Virus record (IMG/VR): IMGVR_UViG_3300049170_000061
Location: 1 to 29,850 of that record
Source: a virus
Lineage: Duplodnaviria > Caudoviricetes
Reading direction: 5' to 3' (one strand)
Length of the DNA stretch: 29,850 nucleotides
A model generated the notes under the pieces. That model was not told the origin of the DNA and did not search any database. It saw only the letters and a list, made by a program, of their open reading frames with translations. Each line of letters begins with the position of its first letter. Position 1 is the first letter of the stretch. This document shows, in pieces, positions 25,573 to 29,850 of the stretch. The translations under genes were made by a program, and so were the position numbers.

Positions 25573-28271
25573 TGGACCTCGGACGCACACTGGTGGAGAT
25601 AGAGCACCGCCTGGGCCGGGTGGAGAACCAGGCCCGCCTCTCCCACGCCTCCATCGACGACACGTCCCTCGAGGTCCGCGACGGCACGGGCAGCCTGCGC
25701 GGCCTGCTGGGCATGCAGGCGGACGGCACCACCGCCGTCAACGTCGTCAACGGGCCCCCGCCGCCGCAACCCACCGCGCCCGTCGTGGCCTCCGTCCTCG
25801 GCGGAGTGACCGTCACCTGGGACGCGACGTTCACGGGCGGGGCCCTGCTGCCGCTGGACTGGCAGCGCGTCGAGGTCCACGCCTCCACCACCACCGGGTT
25901 CACCCCCACGCCTGACACCCTCAAGGGGACGATCGAGACCCCGCAGGGCGCCACGGTCGTCGTCGTCACCGACGACCCGGTCTATCTGCGGCTGATGGCC
26001 CGCTCCACATCCGGCACCGCCTCCACCCCCTCCGCCCAGACCGGCCCGGCCGGGCCCACACCGGTCGTCGCGGACGACATCGCCGACGGCATCGTCACCG
26101 AGGTGAAGCTGGCCAACGACGCGGTCACCGCGGCGAAGATCGCAGCCGGGGCGGTCGGCACCACCGAGCTCGCGGATGCGGCCGTGCACGCGCAGCAGCT
26201 CGCCGACGCCGCCGTGGAGGTCGCGAAGATCGCCGCGAACGCGGTGACGGGCCCGGCCATTGCCACCGACGCCGTCACCGCAACGAAGATCGCCGCGAAT
26301 GCGGTGACCGCCGTAAAGATCGCCGCGAACTCGGTCACGGCGGCGAAGGTCGCCGCCGGCGCCATCACCACCGACAAGCTGACCGTCACCGGCGGCGCGA
26401 ACATCCTCACCGACCCCAGCTTCGAGGGCGCCTACACCGCTGCACTGGTCGCCGGATCCACCTTCGCCACCCAGGACGCCACCGCCGGGAACGGCTCCCC
26501 GACCTCCCTGAAGATCGACGCCACGTCCGGCAGCCCGGTGTTCCGGTCCGTCGCCCTGACCTCCGTGGCCACGCTGCCGGGGGAGAAGTGGCATGTGGGC
26601 GTGGACTACTGGGTGTCCGCCGACTGGGTCGGCACCGAGATCAGCATTCACGCCCGCTGGGAGACCGCCACCGGCGCCGTCATCTCCTACGGCAAGGCCG
26701 TCACCACCACCCCCGTCCGCGAGGGCTGGACCCGCCTCGAGGCCACGGTCACCGCGCCGGCGACCACGGCCCGCATCGTGCCCCGCGTGGAATCCGGCTC
26801 GGGCACCGCCGGCTTCGTGCGCTTCGACAACGCCACCATGCGGCCCGTTCTGGGCGGCACGCAGATCCAAGACGGCGCCATCACCACCGAGAAGATCGTC
26901 GCCGGGGCGATCCTGGCCGGGCAGATAGCCGCTGGCGCGGTCCTCACCGACAAGCTGGCCGCGGAAGCGGTCACCGCCGCGAAGATCGCCGCTCTCACCA
27001 TCACCGCCGACAAGATCGCCGCGAACGCCATCACGGTCGGGAAGATCGCGGCCGGGGCTGTCGACGCCACCGCCATCGCCGCGGACGCCATCACCGGCAA
27101 GACCATCACCGGCGGCACCATCACAGGCACCACGATCACCGGCGGAACCCTGCAGACCGCCACCAGCGGGCAGCGCATCACCCTCAACGAGGGCGGCTTC
27201 AACAAGATCCTCGTCTACAGCACGGGCGGCACCGCCATCGGTGAACTGTCCTCACAAGGGCTGCTGGTCAAGGGCACCAATGGGTCGGTGCTGTGGCTGG
27301 ACCCCAACCACACCTACCCGAACCTGCGCCTGACGAATGCGGCGGCGACCAACAGCGCCGTCATCAACGTCGTCGAGGGCACCCCGGGCTCCGCCGACCT
27401 GGGCCTGAACTCCGGCACCTTCACCGCATCCGGGTACACCGACATCAAATGGCGGACGTTCTTCGGCAACGACTTCTGGGTCACCGAACGCGTCCGCAGC
27501 GGCGACCTGAACTTTACCCTCGGCGGCCGTCTCTACCTCGGCGCCTCCCAGGCCAACCTCGGCTTCCGCAACTCGACGGACCCCACGCTGGAGACGGTCC
27601 TGACGCTGTCCTCCGGCGTCACCCAGATCAGCGGCGGGCCGCTGGAACTGCTGCCACGTGCGTCCGGGTTCGGGGCACTGAGCGTGCTGGCCGCGGCCGG
27701 CCACACCGGGATCCTGTTCCGTCTGCGCCTGGACAGCTCGGACAAGTTCCTCGTCGACAAGGACGGCAACGTCACCATCGCCGGGATCGGCCAGCGCCAG
27801 ACCAAGCGCCGCACCAGCGATGCCACCCGCACCAACACCAACACGCCGACCACCGACACCCAGATCACATTCACCGTCGACGCCAACTCCAACTACATCT
27901 TCGACGGGTTCATGAAGTACTCCGGGCCCGGCGACTTCCAGATGGGCTGGACCGTCCCCGCCGGAACCAACGGCGAATGGTCCGGCATCGGCAACGGCTC
28001 CACCGTCGTCTCCGGCACCGGCGGCGGAGGAACCCAGCAGGACGTCGTGTCCACCTGGGGCTACACCCAGCGCACCGAGAGCACCGACATCGCCGCCACC
28101 CGCACCTACGGCGGGATCTCCACCAACGTGTACACCGTCCACGTCCGCGGCACCCTCCGCGTCGGCGCCACCGGCGGCACCTTCGCCCTGCAATGGGCGC
28201 AAGGCGCCGTCAACGCCACCGCCACCACCCTCTACCTCGACTCCCACGTCCGCCTCGAGAAAGTGGCCTGA
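25572..28271 (+). CDS. Tail fibre / receptor-binding protein
   Basis: TGATG coupling with SD GGAGG; N-terminal coiled coil, FnIII-like segment, two blocks of 10-aa repeats (AVTAAKIAAN) flanking a carbohydrate-binding-like module (NILTDPSFEG...VRFDN). Confidence 0.85.
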   Translation: MDLGRTLVEIEHRLGRVENQARLSHASIDDTSLEVRDGTGSLRGLLGMQADGTTAVNVVNGPPPPQPTAPVVASVLGGVTVTWDATFTGGALLPLDWQRVEVHASTTTGFTPTPDTLKGTIETPQGATVVVVTDDPVYLRLMARSTSGTASTPSAQTGPAGPTPVVADDIADGIVTEVKLANDAVTAAKIAAGAVGTTELADAAVHAQQLADAAVEVAKIAANAVTGPAIATDAVTATKIAANAVTAVKIAANSVTAAKVAAGAITTDKLTVTGGANILTDPSFEGAYTAALVAGSTFATQDATAGNGSPTSLKIDATSGSPVFRSVALTSVATLPGEKWHVGVDYWVSADWVGTEISIHARWETATGAVISYGKAVTTTPVREGWTRLEATVTAPATTARIVPRVESGSGTAGFVRFDNATMRPVLGGTQIQDGAITTEKIVAGAILAGQIAAGAVLTDKLAAEAVTAAKIAALTITADKIAANAITVGKIAAGAVDATAIAADAITGKTITGGTITGTTITGGTLQTATSGQRITLNEGGFNKILVYSTGGTAIGELSSQGLLVKGTNGSVLWLDPNHTYPNLRLTNAAATNSAVINVVEGTPGSADLGLNSGTFTASGYTDIKWRTFFGNDFWVTERVRSGDLNFTLGGRLYLGASQANLGFRNSTDPTLETVLTLSSGVTQISGGPLELLPRASGFGALSVLAAAGHTGILFRLRLDSSDKFLVDKDGNVTIAGIGQRQTKRRTSDATRTNTNTPTTDTQITFTVDANSNYIFDGFMKYSGPGDFQMGWTVPAGTNGEWSGIGNGSTVVSGTGGGGTQQDVVSTWGYTQRTESTDIAATRTYGGISTNVYTVHVRGTLRVGATGGTFALQWAQGAVNATATTLYLDSHVRLEKVA
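26079..27155 (+). repeat. Two arrays of 30-nt coding repeats in the tail fibre (about 26079-26381 and 26865-27155)
   Basis: Repeated [AG][AS][VI]T..K[IL]A. decamers. Confidence 0.8.
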
Positions 28272-28274
28272 CTC

Positions 28275-28496
28275 ATGGCAGAGTTCCCGCACAACGTGAT
28301 CTACGGCGACGGCGAGGCCGACCCGGTCCGCGTCACCGTCAACGTGCAGTCCGAGTACACGCAAGTCGACGAGACCGCCCTCGCTCACGCCATCGAGGAG
28401 TGGCTCCTCACTCACGTCGACTACGTCACTTCCACCCGCTCCGAACGCCGCGAGCAGCTCTTCCCCGTCACCCCGATCCCGCCCGCCGCCACCTAA
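28275..28496 (+). CDS. Small hypothetical protein after the tail fibre
   Basis: ATG 3 nt after the fibre stop; high GC3; 73 aa. Confidence 0.65.
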   Translation: MAEFPHNVIYGDGEADPVRVTVNVQSEYTQVDETALAHAIEEWLLTHVDYVTSTRSERREQLFPVTPIPPAAT

Positions 28497-28510
28497 CCCC
28501 CACAGGGGCC

Positions 28511-28548
28511 GGGGGAACATGCGCCCCGGCCGCACCTACCCTGATCAC
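28511..28548 (+). promoter_or_regulatory. Repeated promoter-like motif, copy 5 (upstream of the peptidase and probable lysis region)
   Basis: GGGGGAAC-N18-TACCCTGATCAC, identical to copy 2 in both boxes. Confidence 0.7.
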
Positions 28549-28649
28549 GGGCGACCCTCCGCCCCCGGCTCCACCACCCGAGGGACGACCGCACGGCAGC
28601 GGTCCGCACACCATCACCTGGGCGCGGGGAGATCCAGGAGCACGGGCAA

Positions 28650-29468
28650 GTGCCCGACCTCACCATCCACCAGTACGACGTCCGGCCGCACCTGGGCCGG
28701 CACCTTGTGCTGGATCCACGCAGCCTCGCCTACCGGCGCACCTACCAAGGCGACCCCCTCCACCCCGTGGAGTGGGCACCCAAGCTGCCCGTCCTGGACC
28801 AGCAGAACCTCACCGCCCAGAACATCCGCACCAGCGACCTGTTCGAAGCCGTGGACGACGTGGACGCCCTCGGCTCGTGCACCGGCAACGCCGCGGCCGC
28901 CGCGGTGTCCGTCCTCCACCCCGCCGACCACCTCGCCGCCGCAGGCCTGGACATCACCGACCCTGCGGCCGCGCAGCGCTGGGCGATCGGCCTGTACTCC
29001 GATGCCACCCACCGCGACGAGTGGCTGCAGTGGGCGTGGCCGACCGTGGACTGCGGATCCTCCGGCCTCGGCGTCGCCAAGGCCCTGCGCGGCCGCGGCC
29101 TGATCGACCAGTACGGGCACGCCACCACCGCCGAAGAGCTCTGCCAGCTCCTGCAGACCGGCCCGGTCCTGATGGGCATGCCCTGGCATGCAGCGTTCTC
29201 CGACACCGGCGACCGGGACGGCTTCATCGACGCCATCCCCGGCTGGCTCGCCAGCCCCGTCGAAGGCGGCCACGAGGTGTGCATCACCGCCCTCGAGGCC
29301 GTCGCCCTCGACGACGGCGAACTCCTGCCCGACCACACCGTCCTGCGCTTCCGCAACAGCTGGGGGACCGGCTGGGGCGACCGCGGCGAGGGCCGGATGC
29401 GCCTGACCACCTACCTCACCCTCCGATCCGAGATCGACCTCGTGCAGCCCCGATTGGACGTCAGATGA
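28650..29468 (+). CDS. Papain-like (C1 family) cysteine peptidase
   Basis: SD AGGAG before GTG 28650; VLDQ...GSCTGNA (catalytic Cys), GPVLMG, GGHEV (His) and FRNSWGTGWGDRG (Asn). Confidence 0.85.
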   Translation: MPDLTIHQYDVRPHLGRHLVLDPRSLAYRRTYQGDPLHPVEWAPKLPVLDQQNLTAQNIRTSDLFEAVDDVDALGSCTGNAAAAAVSVLHPADHLAAAGLDITDPAAAQRWAIGLYSDATHRDEWLQWAWPTVDCGSSGLGVAKALRGRGLIDQYGHATTAEELCQLLQTGPVLMGMPWHAAFSDTGDRDGFIDAIPGWLASPVEGGHEVCITALEAVALDDGELLPDHTVLRFRNSWGTGWGDRGEGRMRLTTYLTLRSEIDLVQPRLDVR

Positions 29469-29850
29469 CCCTCTACCACGTGGCCGTAGACCACCTGGAA
29501 TCCCCGGACCCCGACAGCCCGGTCCAGGTCACCACCACCTACCTCGGCACCGTCGACCAGGCCCACGTCGACGAGGTCCGCGCCATCTCCGACCTGGAGG
29601 ACACCGAGCGGTGGGTGAAGGAACACCCCCACATCGACGGCGCCTTCATGGTCCTCCGCGACGACGGCGACCTCGACGTGTACGTCCCGGACGGCGCCCC
29701 CGAGTACCGGGTGTACGAGCCCGACCCGGACCCGAAGGACGTCGATGCCGTCAGCGACGCAGACTTCGACGCGGTCGATGCTGTCGGCGACGTAGAAGCC
29801 GAGGTGATCGCCGCAGGAACGGTCACCGCGGACGACCTCTCCCGGCGGGG
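29465..29850 (+). CDS. 3'-truncated ORF with an acidic N-terminus (missing from the ORF track)
   Basis: ATGA overlap with the peptidase stop; I translated MTLYHVAVDHLESPDPDSPVQVTTTYLGTVDQAHVDEVRAISDLEDTERW..., open to the window end with high GC3. Confidence 0.75.
   Translation, partial: MTLYHVAVDHLESPDPDSPVQVTTTYLGTVDQAHVDEVRAISDLEDTERWVKEHPHIDGAFMVLRDDGDLDVYVPDGAPEYRVYEPDPDPKDVDAVSDADFDAVDAVGDVEAEVIAAGTVTADDLSRR

Larger units (their letters stand above)
5343..29850 (+). mobile_element. Siphovirus packaging, head and tail module (prophage or phage-plasmid), running off the right end
   Basis: Canonical order TerS-TerL-portal-scaffold-decoration-capsid-connectors-major tail-chaperones-tape measure-minor tails-fibre. 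Genes are tightly coupled and no obvious disabling stops are seen. Confidence 0.95.

Noticed and set aside
26079-27155. Periodic repeats as a possible CRISPR array or diversity-generating retroelement target
   Set aside because: They are degenerate in-frame 30-nt protein repeats with no spacers; no reverse transcriptase or adenine-specific TR/VR pair is seen.

Overview
High-GC actinobacterial DNA, with codon style and gene content typical of Streptomyces; essentially all genes are on the + strand. Positions 1-5.07 kb hold a plasmid/AICE-type conjugation module: a TraA-like protein with a duplicated C-terminal domain, an FtsK/SpoIIIE-type TraB DNA translocase, and a small membrane protein. Directly downstream (5.4-28.5 kb) is an apparently intact siphovirus morphogenesis module: terminase small and large subunits, portal, scaffold, head decoration, major capsid, head-tail connectors, major tail, tail chaperones with a -1 frameshift, tape measure, baseplate proteins and tail fibre. 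A papain-like peptidase and a truncated ORF close the window. The element looks like a conjugative phage-plasmid or prophage. The most striking non-coding signals are: (i) a 45-nt element present twice, upstream of the capsid and major-tail genes, whose nucleotide differences are all compensatory for an H-type pseudoknot plus hairpin; (ii) five copies of a fixed-spacing promoter-like motif, GGGGGAAC-N18-hexamer, three of them followed by AGGCGCGGGGCCT; (iii) long hairpins closing the two pseudoknot-led units. Protein calls come from motifs, synteny and recall; no database search was run.
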